NCBI GenBank assembly: GCA_000165425.1 | Contig: CT868130.1 | Span: 496,001-560,000, forward strand | From: Paramecium tetraurelia | Lineage: Eukaryota | Reading direction: 5' to 3' | DNA length: 64,000 bases | Part shown: one piece after another, positions 12,449 to 24,256 of the stretch | Layout: every line of letters starts with the position of its first letter | Numbering within the stretch: position 1 is the first letter of the stretch | Notes under the pieces: generated by a model | What the model was told of the DNA's origin: nothing | The model's database searches: none | What the model saw: the letters and a program-made list of their open reading frames with translations, nothing else | Made by a program: the position numbers and the translations under genes

Positions 12449-14519
12449 ATGGATTAAGACAAGGATCTTCTCACTCAACCATTGAATTTTAACACCACCT
12501 ATTCCAAACAAAAAGAGCCAGATATCTTTACCTATGTAATAGATGGAAAGTTGACATTATTGGAGAATTGGATCCATCAATTCAAAAACACTGAGGACAT
12601 CATAAATGCAAAAGATCCTGAAGGCAAAACACCATTATTTTATGCATGGTATTCACTCATTATATATAGTTACTACAATTTCAAAAATATTGTGATGTAT
12701 TTGCTTATGAAAGGTGCTGATCCATTTCTAACATCTAAATCTGGATTCAATGTGTATCATGTCTGTGCATAAAGAGGAAATCTTGAATGCCTCTAAATAC
12801 TCTGTAATATGTTCAGACACAAATTAAATATGATGAAATGGGAGGAATTAAAATTAGCCATGCAAAGATATCAATTCAAAAAGACAGATGCATAAAAAGG
12901 ACAATTAATTAATGCAGATAAACATTTAAAGTAAGTTCAATCAAGATTCTAGAAATTTTAAGAAATCGTTAGTGATTAATATTAATAATTTTTGGATCAA
13001 AATCTTCTCTATTTTAATAGAGTCAATGCTACAATTGATCAATTTCAAAGAAATCCAATACATTATGGCAGTTTATCTAAATATACTAAATGTTTTTAAT
13101 GTATTAAGTAATTGATATAATTTGATTTCAAATCTGAAGGATGGGATTTATTTTATGATATTTTTATGGAGGTGTAATTATTAATATAAATTGCTGATAA
13201 AAAGATTGATCCCAGGTAATACAGAAATTATCGTGAACTTGCTTGCAACTTCCTAAATTCATAATTGCTTGAACACAAACAAACTAATTTCTTGAACAAT
13301 ATTAAGAAACTCTAAAGGGATGTTGTTAATTAATAGGATATAGATGGATATGTAAAATTAAATATAATTTAAGACCCCTATGCATTTGGCCTCCTTTGCA
13401 GGGGACTTTGCAGCAATCCAATTTATGCTATTATTGGGAGCAGATCCAAAAATAAAATGCAAAAGAAAAATAAGAACTCCTTTGGAATACGCATCAAATG
13501 ATTCTGTAAGAAAGTATCTGATGGACCTAAATAATGCTGTTGAAGAAGGAGATGACAAGAGTTTTACCTTATTAGTGAATTGTGGTTAGAGAGTAAATGG
13601 AAAATCAACTATCTATGGGATAACTCCTGTCCATAAGGCTATCGAACAGACTCATAAATCATCCAACAAAACTATGCTAAGCAAAGTCTTAGAAATGGAT
13701 GCCGATGTGAATGTAATCGACACAAATGGATGGACTCCACTGCATCATGCTGCATATTATGGGGAATTGTGGGCAATAACTACTTTGATAGAAAGAGGAG
13801 CATATCAATAAATCTCATCTAATAAAGGGTACTTTCCAATCCATGTTGCAGCTCTGAACAATTAAGCAAAGGCTGTTCAGTTGCTAATAGAGAAAGGAGT
13901 GAATAATTAAGAAAGTTACATTGACTTTTAGGATAATCAGAATTGCACTCCTATGCATTTAGCAGCTAAAAAGGGTCATGATTAGGTTGTGTAAGTTTTA
14001 TTTGAATCAGGTGCTGATATATATGCAGTAGATAAGAGAAATTGGACTCCATTGCACTATGCCTCATTTTATTAAAATAGAAATGTTGTTCATTTATTAA
14101 GTAGGTATGACGCTGATGAAGATCGTTATTGCGCAATCAGGACAAGCAAGGGTTAAACAGCTGATTAGATGACAACGGATTCTGAAGTCAAGTTTGCATT
14201 TAAAAGTTTGAATGAGTCTTAAATTTAGCATTATGGAGTGCAGCTAGAGATGGTGACTTAGACACAGTTAGAAAGTTAGTGACATTGAATCATCCGATTA
14301 ATGAGCAGAGTTATGGAAATAAATTCACACCTTTGATATTGGCTACTAGAGAAAATCATTATCTTATCGTCAAATATCTATTATCAGAGAATGCAGAGAA
14401 GACACTCAAGGACAAATGTATGAGATTTTGCTAATAAATTAATAGATGGAAATAGTGCTTTGGATTACGTAGAAAAGTAGGCAAATTCGAAGATTAAGGA
14501 ATTGTTATAAGCAGAATGA
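12449..14519 (+). CDS. Ankyrin-repeat protein
   Basis: Multiple ankyrin units (GKTPLFYA, PMHLASFAG, GWTPLHHAAYYG, CTPMHLAAKKGH, WTPLHYAS, FTPLILATREN); TGA 14517-14519. Confidence 0.9.
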
Positions 14520-14544
14520 TGATTTATTAATTCAATATTTTATT

Positions 14545-15402
14545 ATGTTTTTTGAATTAGTTTTTTTATTTGGAATAATTGTTGGGGAGGAGATTGTCTA
14601 TAGTGTGAGTAGTGCATGTCGATGTTAATAAATATAGAGCGAGGCTGATTGTAACTTTAAGTGTAAATGGAATACGGATAAATAGAAATGCTATGATAAA
14701 AAGTGTTATGAAATAATGGATGAGGAGGCATGTTTCAGTAGGGATTGCAATTACATAGACGGCTAGTGTTAAAACTTGGATAGTTGCAGTGATATATAAG
14801 TTAAATTCTTTTGCAATTCGAGTTCCAAATGCATTTATGATGACTCAACCTAGAGTTGTAGGGATGAAATAACTTAAGAATTGAATTGCGATTCCTTTTT
14901 TACTTAAAATACTTGTTAAAACAATGTTGATTCGAATAATAATTATTGTATTTGGATTGCTGGTGATGTAGATGAAGGATATGTCTCAACACCTGGACAT
15001 GATTACGGTTCATGTAAAAGTTATCCATTTGAGACTTGCGATAGTGCAAACTTAGTATTTAATCCGAAAGAGTTGTGTGATAGAAATAGAATTTCATGTA
15101 GGTGGTTGAATGATAGTTGTCAACAATTGGATTGCCTTTACTTTGGGAATGACGAGTAACTATGCAAGAATAACTTTGCTACTATTAAAGATGGGGATAA
15201 GACTGTATTATGCAGTTGGAATGCTTTGACGAAATAATGTGAAAATGGGTTTGATGTTTCAACTTTGGGAGAGTCGGAATGTTATAATGAAAATACTCTC
15301 TTTCAATTAACATTCGATGATTAGAAGAAGTAATGCACAAAATGTCCTGGGGCTGGAATGATTGTTATGTGTAGTCTATTAATTTAATTGATATTTTCGT
15401 GA
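14545..15402 (+). CDS. Cys-rich mini surface antigen, probably GPI-anchored
   Basis: Signal peptide MFFELVFLFGIIVG, periodic Cys with CxW motifs, hydrophobic C-terminus GMIVMCSLLIQLIFS*. Confidence 0.8.
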
Positions 15403-15436
15403 ATTAATATTGCTATTAATAATTAAAAAAAGATTG

Positions 15437-18400
15437 ATGACAGCACTCGTCTTGAGTATGTTATTACTATGTGTATCCTCTTTGGAGGTTAGTTTATCTG
15501 AGTAATGTGTGTGCTCAGAATTAAAAAGTAAGAATGATTGCATTATAAATTGTACATGGGATAGTACTACAAATAAATGTTAAGACAAACAGCCAGACAG
15601 CAATGCATCAACCTACCCGGTGAGTTAATTATGTTAGAATATTAAGAGTAAGCCTGAGACAGATTGTGCCATCACATTGGGATGCGCATATTATGAGGAC
15701 AAAGAGAAGAAATTGTAATGTGAATAGTTTAGTGGGTGCCAGGCGTATACAAGGACCTCAAATGACGAATGTCAGAAGGTGTCAACTTAGTGTACAAGTG
15801 ATGGAGTGATCTGTATTGATCCTATGAAGTGTGAAGAATATTTGAATTAAACTTTGTGTTTGTAGAACATAAGTATATCTGGAACAGGAAAATGTAAATG
15901 GTCAGAAACGGAGAAAAAGTGTATAGATCAAGTTTGTTCTGATGCACCAACCACACTCATTACTACTGCCCAATGCAATAGATTTCTATCAGGTTGTATT
16001 TCAACCGGTAAAGGATGCATACAGGAACTTTAGACTTGTTCTACCTATCCAAAGGATGATTGTTTAGGCAGAATAGGTTCTGATGGCTATTGTCAGGAGA
16101 AGGATGGAAATTGCCAGAGAATACCATGTACTGATGCACCCCAATATTCCCATGACAAATAATGTTAAACATTTTAATTGAATTGTCTAACAACTGGTAA
16201 AGGCTGTGTAGATCCACCATTATAATCATGTTCAACCTATCAGGAAGAAGGCTAAATTTGTTTGATTCTAATCGGGTCGGATGGACAATGTGAACCCACT
16301 CCTGATTAGAAGGTCTGCAGGGAAAGACAATGCAAGAGTTCAAAGGGAACTACTGATGAAGCATGCAACACTTACAAAAAAGGATGTATCACTACAGGAG
16401 TAGAATGCACTGATAAGCTGGAATAATGTTCGACTTATTCGGATAATTGTGATGTAAGAATAGGATCCGATGGCTCTTGCAAAACAGGAACAGGAACCAA
16501 TTGTCAATTAAGGGTATGTGCTGATGCTGATACCAAATTAAAAACAGATGCAGAATGTACTTCATTCTAAAAAGGGTGTGTTACTTCAGGTGCAGGTTGT
16601 GTGGCAACCAGAAAACTATGCAAAGATTACAAAGGCACCAAGACGACTTGTGCTCTTATCGTGGGATCTGATAGTAGGTGTAAAGGAACTGACGATGTCA
16701 ATGAGACCAGTTGTACTGCAGCCTCCTGTTCTGAAGCTCCAAAGGAATATAAGACTCATGATCAGTGCTAACAATTCCATTCAAATTGTCTATCCAATGG
16801 AGCTGGATGTGAAGATAAGAATACATGTTTATCAACTTCAAGTGAAATGGCATGCAAAGGTACTAATAATTGTTATTGGAATTCTATTTGTGTTACTGCC
16901 TAATGTACATCATACACTACAATCAGTATATGTAATCAGAACAAAGAAAAAGATCTGCCCTGCTTTTGGACTGGAGCATCCTGTAGAAAATTGGAATGCT
17001 CAGATGCTCCGAAAACTTATAATACCAATGAAGATTGCGAGAAATTCCTCTCTGGTTGTCTCACGACATTGGAAGGTTGCATTCATAATTTAAGTCCATG
17101 TTCTGCTTATTCTGGGAAGGCCGATCAGTGTTAGAGCTTTATAGGCAATGGTAAACGTTGTTGGGGCACCAGCAATTCTGCTAAAGAACCTTGCTCTGAA
17201 AGGTTATGTACTCTTGATACAACCAGTACGACAGACGAAGATTGCGGTAAGTTTTAATTTAATTGTAAAACAAAGGGAACTGGATGCATAAGCAACACAG
17301 AACTTTGTTCAGCCTATTCGGGAGATGTTAATACTTGTGCCAAATTTACAGGCTAAGATGGAAAATGCTATAATGATGCTGCCAGTACGTCTGCATGTAG
17401 AGTACTCTTATGCACTGATAATACAACAGCTACAAGTAATGAAGAATGCATCAAATTTTTAAATGGTTGTCTATACGGAGGAGCTGGATGCATAGTTTCA
17501 ACTGAACTATGCACAACCTACACTGGGTCATCTACAGAAACATGTTCCAAATTCACTTCAAATGGAGCTTAATGTTGGTGGGAGACTGGCACTAATTGTG
17601 TTGAAAAGACGTGTGCTCATAACACAACTGCCACTACTGACAAGGATTGTGAAGAATTTCTAACTGGCTGTGTTACTAATGGTGCAGGATGCCAACATTT
17701 TTCACTAGAATGTAACGAATACAACGGTACTCAAAGCACCTGCATGTAATTTAAGGGTAATACCAAACCTTGTACTCAAAGAAGTTTATGCTCTTAAAAA
17801 TCTTGTAATGAAGTAGTCAGTCCTACCTCTAATGCCGATTGCATAGGATATATGAGAAGTTGCAGATTTGATGGTACAAATTGCATAGTTGCTTTACCCA
17901 CTTGTGCTTCTTACACTGGAGATAGTACCTTATGTTAATCGCTTAGTGATTCTAATAATGTAGGTTGTTGGCTTCCTACTGGAACTACTGGCCCATGTGT
18001 TAATAGAGTGTGTTCAGACTTAGTAACATCTACAGGCTAATAAGATTGTGATAATTTCTTGTTGGGATGTGTATTTGATGGATAATCATGTTAATAAAAA
18101 TAAAATAATTGTGTTGATTATACTAATTTTAGTTAAGATGCTTGCAAATCAGTTAAGACGATTGGAGGGAATAAATGTTGGAAAAATGAAAATACAATAG
18201 GTAATTGTGAGCCAATATCTTGTGATAACAATATTGACTCACCATCAGAAGAAACTTGTGCTGCATATTTGATTACCTGTGTGTTCTCAGGTACCAAGTG
18301 TGTTACCAAATAAAGCTCTTGTACTTTGTATACAGATTTCACAGCAGATGCTTGTAAAGTTGTCTAAAAGACTGATGGTGATAAGTGTTGGGCAACAGCA

Positions 18401-21400
18401 GATGGTACATGTATAGAGAGACAATGCAGTGATATTGTGGCCGAAGTTGGAGTAGAACTTACTAATGACAATTGTGTTGAATATCTGTCAACTTGTAGAT
18501 TAGCTATGTCTAATGTATGTATACCAGCAAAAGCTCTATGTTCAGATTATGGACCTTCGTTTTCTCCTGATGTATGTAAATAAATAAAGACATCAGATGG
18601 CAAATAATGTTGGATGGATTCTATATCCGCCATCGGTCCATGTTTACCAGCTAAGTCTTCATGTGTTGAGTATACTATGGTATCATAAGATCTGTGCAAG
18701 AAGATGAAAGATTCAAATGGATAATTATGTTGGAAAACAGCAACAGGACAAGGTGCTTGTGAAGAGAGAAAATGTTCAAATTAAGTTGCAAATATTAGTC
18801 AATCCAATTGTTTCTCACATCTCTAATCTTATGCGACTGATTAATGTACTTATTCAGGAGTCGGACAGATGTGCACAACATTATAAGATGACTGTTAGAA
18901 ATACACTGGTTTTACTTAATCATCATGTAGAACAGTGATCACCACTCTTAATAAGAAATGCTGGAAGACAGCTGCAGGAGTAGGAGCTTGTGAGAATAGG
19001 ACATGTGATTAGAATGTCATTAATCCATCTTTTGAGAATTGCTAGGCTCACCTTGCCACTTGCACTTTTAATGGTTAGACATGTCAACAGAAAGAGAATT
19101 ACTGTAACAGTTATACAAATATGTCTCCAGAACAATGTTAAACTATAGTATCCAATATTGATGGAAAGTGTTGGTCTGCATCTACTGGAATTGGATCATG
19201 TATTAAGAGAACATGTGAACATAATACAAAATCCATTTCAGATATAGTCTGTGAGGATTTCCTAACTGGATGTGTAACTAATTCCAAAGGATGTGTCTTA
19301 GGCACAAATGGGTGCAATACTTTTACTGGTACAACAAGTCTTTGCAATTCATTTAATGGATGTAAACGAGATGAAAGTGATAGCAGTGCATGTGGAGTTA
19401 GAAATTGTTTGGATGACTAAGATTCTGTAACAGATGAGAATTGCCACAAGTTCTTAAATGGATGTGTCACTAAAGGTAAAGGATGCATTGCAAATACTGA
19501 ACCATGCTCGTCATATTTGGGGAGTAGAGAAGCCTGTAAGAAATTCACAGGAAATGGAAGACGATGTTGGAATACTTTAGATGCCACTGATCGTACTCCA
19601 TGTGTTGATAGACTCTGTACAGACAATGATTATAGTACTACAGATAATGATTGTACAGCATTTTAATATGGATGTGTAACCAAAGGTACTGGATGCATTG
19701 ATAAATCATTGCCATGTTCCAAATATTATGGCACTCAAACCACTTGTGCTAACTTTGTTGGAATCAATGGCACTAAGAAATGTTGGAATGTCATTACAGC
19801 TGTATCTACATCTGCTTGTATTGATAGACTATGCACTCACAATGCTAAATTAACTACTGATAAGGATTGTGATCTATTCTTGTCTGGCTGTGTCACTAAG
19901 GGTACTGGTTGTGTGAATAAACAATTGTGTAAGAACTTTTTAGGTACAATCAAGACATGTCCCAATTTTTCAGCCACTGACAAACCATGTAAAGGAGTCA
20001 GCAATGTGGTGGCATCTTGTGAATCAGTTAATTGTTATGAAGCTCCTAATTCAGCAGATTCTGATACAGCCTGTGATAAATTCAAACCTGCCTGCTAGAC
20101 TACTGGATTTGGATGTGTCAGTGCAATCACTTGTGAAGATATCCAAACAAAAGCAATTTGTTCAGCCAATCCTAATTGTGTTTACACATCTAATTGTAGA
20201 GAATTACAAAATGATTGTTCCATCTTCAGAGCACAGAGTCTTTGTGTCAATACACCTGTTGTGGGTACTGCCACTCTGAGATGTTCCTGGCATTATGAAG
20301 GAGGTAAAGGAGTCTGTGGAAATTGGAAATGCTCTGATGCTTCCAAAACCATCACCACTCATGATGCTTGTAAGGCATTGCATCCCACTTGTACTTCTCA
20401 AGGAACTGGTTGTATTGAACTTAGTGCTTGTGCTAGTTACACCAATTCAATTGTCTGTTAAGCTGCCAAAACTACTGACCCGGGAGACACTTGTATTTGG
20501 GATAAAACCTCATGCAGAGCCAAAAAGTGTTCAGATGCTTCCAAGGCCTTTAAAACTGATTAGAAATGTGATGGATACTTAGCCAAATGTTTAACTACAG
20601 GTCAAGGTTGTGAATTACCTCCTTTTTTTTGTGATAAAATCATCACATAAGCCAGGTGTACTGTAGATACCTAATTGAAACCCTGCATCTGGCAATCTGG
20701 AAAATGCATCTCATACAAATAATGTTATGATTATGCCAGATCCACCTTTGAAGACTGTTAAACCTTCGGAGAAAAGTGTGTTAGTGATGGTACCACTTGT
20801 CTATCCATTACTCTTTGTGAAAGATATAAAAACGAAATTAGTTGCATTTATGGAACAGATGGAGTTTGTGGATGGCTACCTCAAAATGGAGCAGATCCTG
20901 CAAAATGCGTTCTATTTAAAGAATGCAAATAAGCAACCAGTTCAGATAACACTACTTGTGAGTTATTTTCCAGTTCATGTAATAAATATAAGCATTCATA
21001 ATGTGCTACTCTACCAAAATGCATTAGTGATGGCAAGATGTGTTTCCCTATTGGCAAATGTGAGAGTTATCTTACTGAATAGGCTTGTTCCAATCTTGGC
21101 TCTGATGGCAAATGTTTCTGGGAAGTCAAAGAAACTATTGGCAAATGTAGATTAAGACTATGTACCGATGCTACTATCTAGAATGCTAATAACATTGTGA
21201 CTCATTAGAGTTGTAATGCATTCTAAGCCACTAAGATCTGCACCACCAATAGTAAAGGATGTATTGAAATGAATAAATGTGAAAAGTATGATAAAGATAG
21301 TTGTTTCTAAGGAACAGATGGGGAATGCATTTTTGATAACGAAAAGTGCAGAATCAAGATCTGCACTGATTTCAAAGAAACCACAAGTGCTGCATGCGCA

Positions 21401-22150
21401 CTTAAATTAAAAGGGTGTATTTCTGATGGTACAGCCTGTGTTGCCTAAGCCAATTGTTCTACTTATAAAACAAAGGTTGCTTGTCATTCTAATGGAACTG
21501 ATGGAATCTGTGTTTGGAATGAAGTGAAAAATAAAGACGAAACAGTAACTTCTACGTGTAAATATATGAGTAAGTGTGAAGATGCACATCAAGATCAATT
21601 TGCTTGTGAATTCAAGAAATAAGCATGTAGATATAACACAGATGCAACAAGTAAGATCAGCACATGTATATCACATACTTGTGCATCCTTGGCCATTGGT
21701 ACTACATGTCTTCCAATTTTATCTATTGATTCAAAGAAAGCCACAATTTGTGTTCCTAACAAACCCGCATCTAGTAACAATTCAACTACAGGAACTAATT
21801 CAACTACAGGAACTAACTCTACAACAGGTACTAATTCAACAACTGGCACTAATTCAACAACTGGCACTAATTCAACTACAGGTACTAATTCAACAACAGG
21901 CACTAATACAACTATTATTATTCCATGTATAGAAGGTGATCCAACTACTTTAGAATAGCCATATTGTTTAAGTTATAGTTCATATACTTATTCATATGAT
22001 GCCTCCTAGGTTAAATGCGCCAAATGTAAAACAAGTACCACAAATACATCTACCAACTCTACTCCATCCAATAGTACAAATAGTACTGAAGATGATAGGG
22101 GAGCAATCATTACCTTTGGAACCATTTTAATGATCTTTATTGGATTGTGA
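15437..22150 (+). CDS. Large Paramecium surface (immobilization) antigen-family protein, ~2237 aa, probably GPI-anchored
   Basis: Signal peptide; many Cys-periodic units (C..F..GCVTKGTGC); ORF-track fragments at 19709, 20261 and 21689 are all in frame with ATG 15437; 6714 nt is a multiple of 3; terminal GAIITFGTILMIFIGL*. Confidence 0.93.
21781..21910 (+). repeat. 18-nt tandem repeat (~7 copies) encoding TGTNST
   Basis: acaggaactaattcaact-like units with synonymous variation; the ORF track shows (NSTTGT)n. Confidence 0.9.
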
Positions 22151-22529
22151 TCTTGATTATGATTATGATTATGGATATAATATCATTGTTAAAAATATTA
22201 TTTTCTTCGTTCAAATTACTTTTATTATAAGATCTCCCATCGTATTTGTGATCATGTAAATATTAAATAAAAAGGTTTTTGAGATTTTTTATCATTGAGA
22301 GTTACTAAATAAAGGGTTGAGAATTAAATATAATTCGATATATATCGGTTTAAGATTAAAATTTGATTATTGAAAAGTTTAATAATATATTGTTTTTTTG
22401 AGGGTTTAGATTAAATTAAAGTAAAGGAAAAAGATATTTCTTAATATTATATGTACTATTAAAAATGATACAAATTATTGATTATTTCTAATAATGAGAT
22501 TATAATATTGTATGTGTTTTTATTACAAA

Positions 22530-24075
22530 ATGATTATAAAATTAATACGGAATATTTTCTCATGTTCCAGGAAGGATCTTACTATAGGGGTCAATACAAA
22601 AACCAAGTAAATTGATTTTTTAAATTGCTAAAATTTTTAAACTTTCTCATATATTCATGCTTTTTAGTTGCCAAGGAAACTTGATTGCAAACGATTAATC
22701 TAAATACGAAGTTACTCTTCTTGTATCTCTCCTAGGATTTACAATTAAAGTAAAGTCTAATACAACATAAATAGATGACAAGTACAGATTACTAAATAGC
22801 TTTCGTCCCAAGAGGCACAATTGATAGCTCCTTGTAATGGTTTCGTGAAGTAAATGAAAGTAATTTCGTCGCTAATTCAAGCAAGCAAAATGGGAACGGT
22901 AGATTTGGAAACCTTAGACCGTAACATTAAGGTTACAATTGAAATTGAGATAAGTAATTTACAGAAATTGGAACGTCAACTTCGTGGAAAAGTTCTTTAC
23001 AAGCGAAGACCCTGCTTTAAACGGATAAATGGTATAGCCAATTATGTTTGTATCAGACTATTATCATACTAGTTTTATTATAGATCGAAGGAACCAATAA
23101 CTACTTAGTTGAGAAGATGGCATTCTTTCCGCATGTTTCTTAAGACCCCTCAAATTTAACTCGATTTGTATATTAAACTTTAACAAAAATAGGAATAAAT
23201 AAAGTAGGAGTAAATGATTCTCAACAACTTAAGGGATCATCCTCACCCAGATATCATACAATTGGAAGAGATTTCATGTGATGAGAATTCAATATCTGTA
23301 CTCTTAGAATACTGTCCTGGAGGTGATTTACTTAAGTTTTTGAACCAGAATAATTAAAACATCAACCATTAATTAGTGATGAAAAAATTGTTAAACGGTA
23401 TTATATACGAATATTTTAATAAGTCGTTTAGCACATTCATTATTATGATATTTTGCACAGGGATATAAAGCTATAGAATGTGTTATTTAGGAAAGCTAAT
23501 GATGCAAGTAGCCTCGTTCTGGCAGACTTTGGGTTGGCTTGTCTTAAATCACAACTCTTAAATAATAATAATAGGTATGGTGACATATCTTATTATCTTT
23601 AGATGTGGGACACCGGGCTACACAGCTCCTGAGGTTTTCACGTAGGCCATATATGATTAAAAGGTGGACATCTTCAGTTGTGGTGTGGTATTTTTTAATC
23701 TGTAATTCTATTTTTCTATGATAGATTAACATTAAAAAATCCTTTTGGATCCTCTAAAAACCCCTAAACTCTTCTTCTGAAAAATATAGCCGCTGATTAT
23801 GATTTGACTTATTTAGACCAAATCAAATCGAAAAATCCCAAAGCTTGCGATTTAGTCATTCAAATGCTTAAAAAAGATCCAAAATAGCGACCTTCAGCCA
23901 CTCAATGTTTATAGCATCCATTTTTTAGTTAGGAGGTAGTAGAATAGAAAGAGGATTCCACCTTTGACAATATTCAGTAAGCTTTAGAAATTTAATTAAT
24001 AGGTTCAACAATCCTATTCATCAAACAGTGAAAGTTAGCCAAACTAAGCCACATCAAATGCCATAGTTTAAATGA
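22530..24075 (+). CDS. Ser/Thr protein kinase (CAMK-like) with N-terminal extension
   Basis: LLEYCPGGDL, HRDIKLQN, DFGLA, CGTPGYTAPE, VDIFSCG, RPSATQCLQHPFF; both ends approximate. Confidence 0.85.
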
Positions 24076-24256
24076 CAATCTCCTTAGCTATTCAATGATT
24101 AATAAAATATTATGTAATCATCAACTATAACTAAAAATTTGTATTATGAATGTTGCTCTACACAGGTTATCGTCTGAATTTAAGTTTATAAGTTAATAAG
24201 AACTTAATAAAAAATTGGATGGATTTTGTATTTTGTTGATGAAATATAAATCAAAT

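Noticed and set aside
16041..21155. Many short standard-code ORFs suggesting a fragmented or pseudogenised antigen
   Set aside because: They are artefacts of treating TAA/TAG as stops; the code-6 frame is consistent from 15437 to 22150.
21576..21932. (PVVELV)n and (LIQQLA)n repeat ORFs, and a possible CRISPR-like array
   Set aside because: These are alternative frames of the TGTNST coding minisatellite. The units are contiguous with no unique spacers, and no cas genes are present.
22155..22173. (GATTAT)x3 just after the antigen stop codon
   Set aside because: It is too short to distinguish from a slippage microsatellite in AT-rich DNA.
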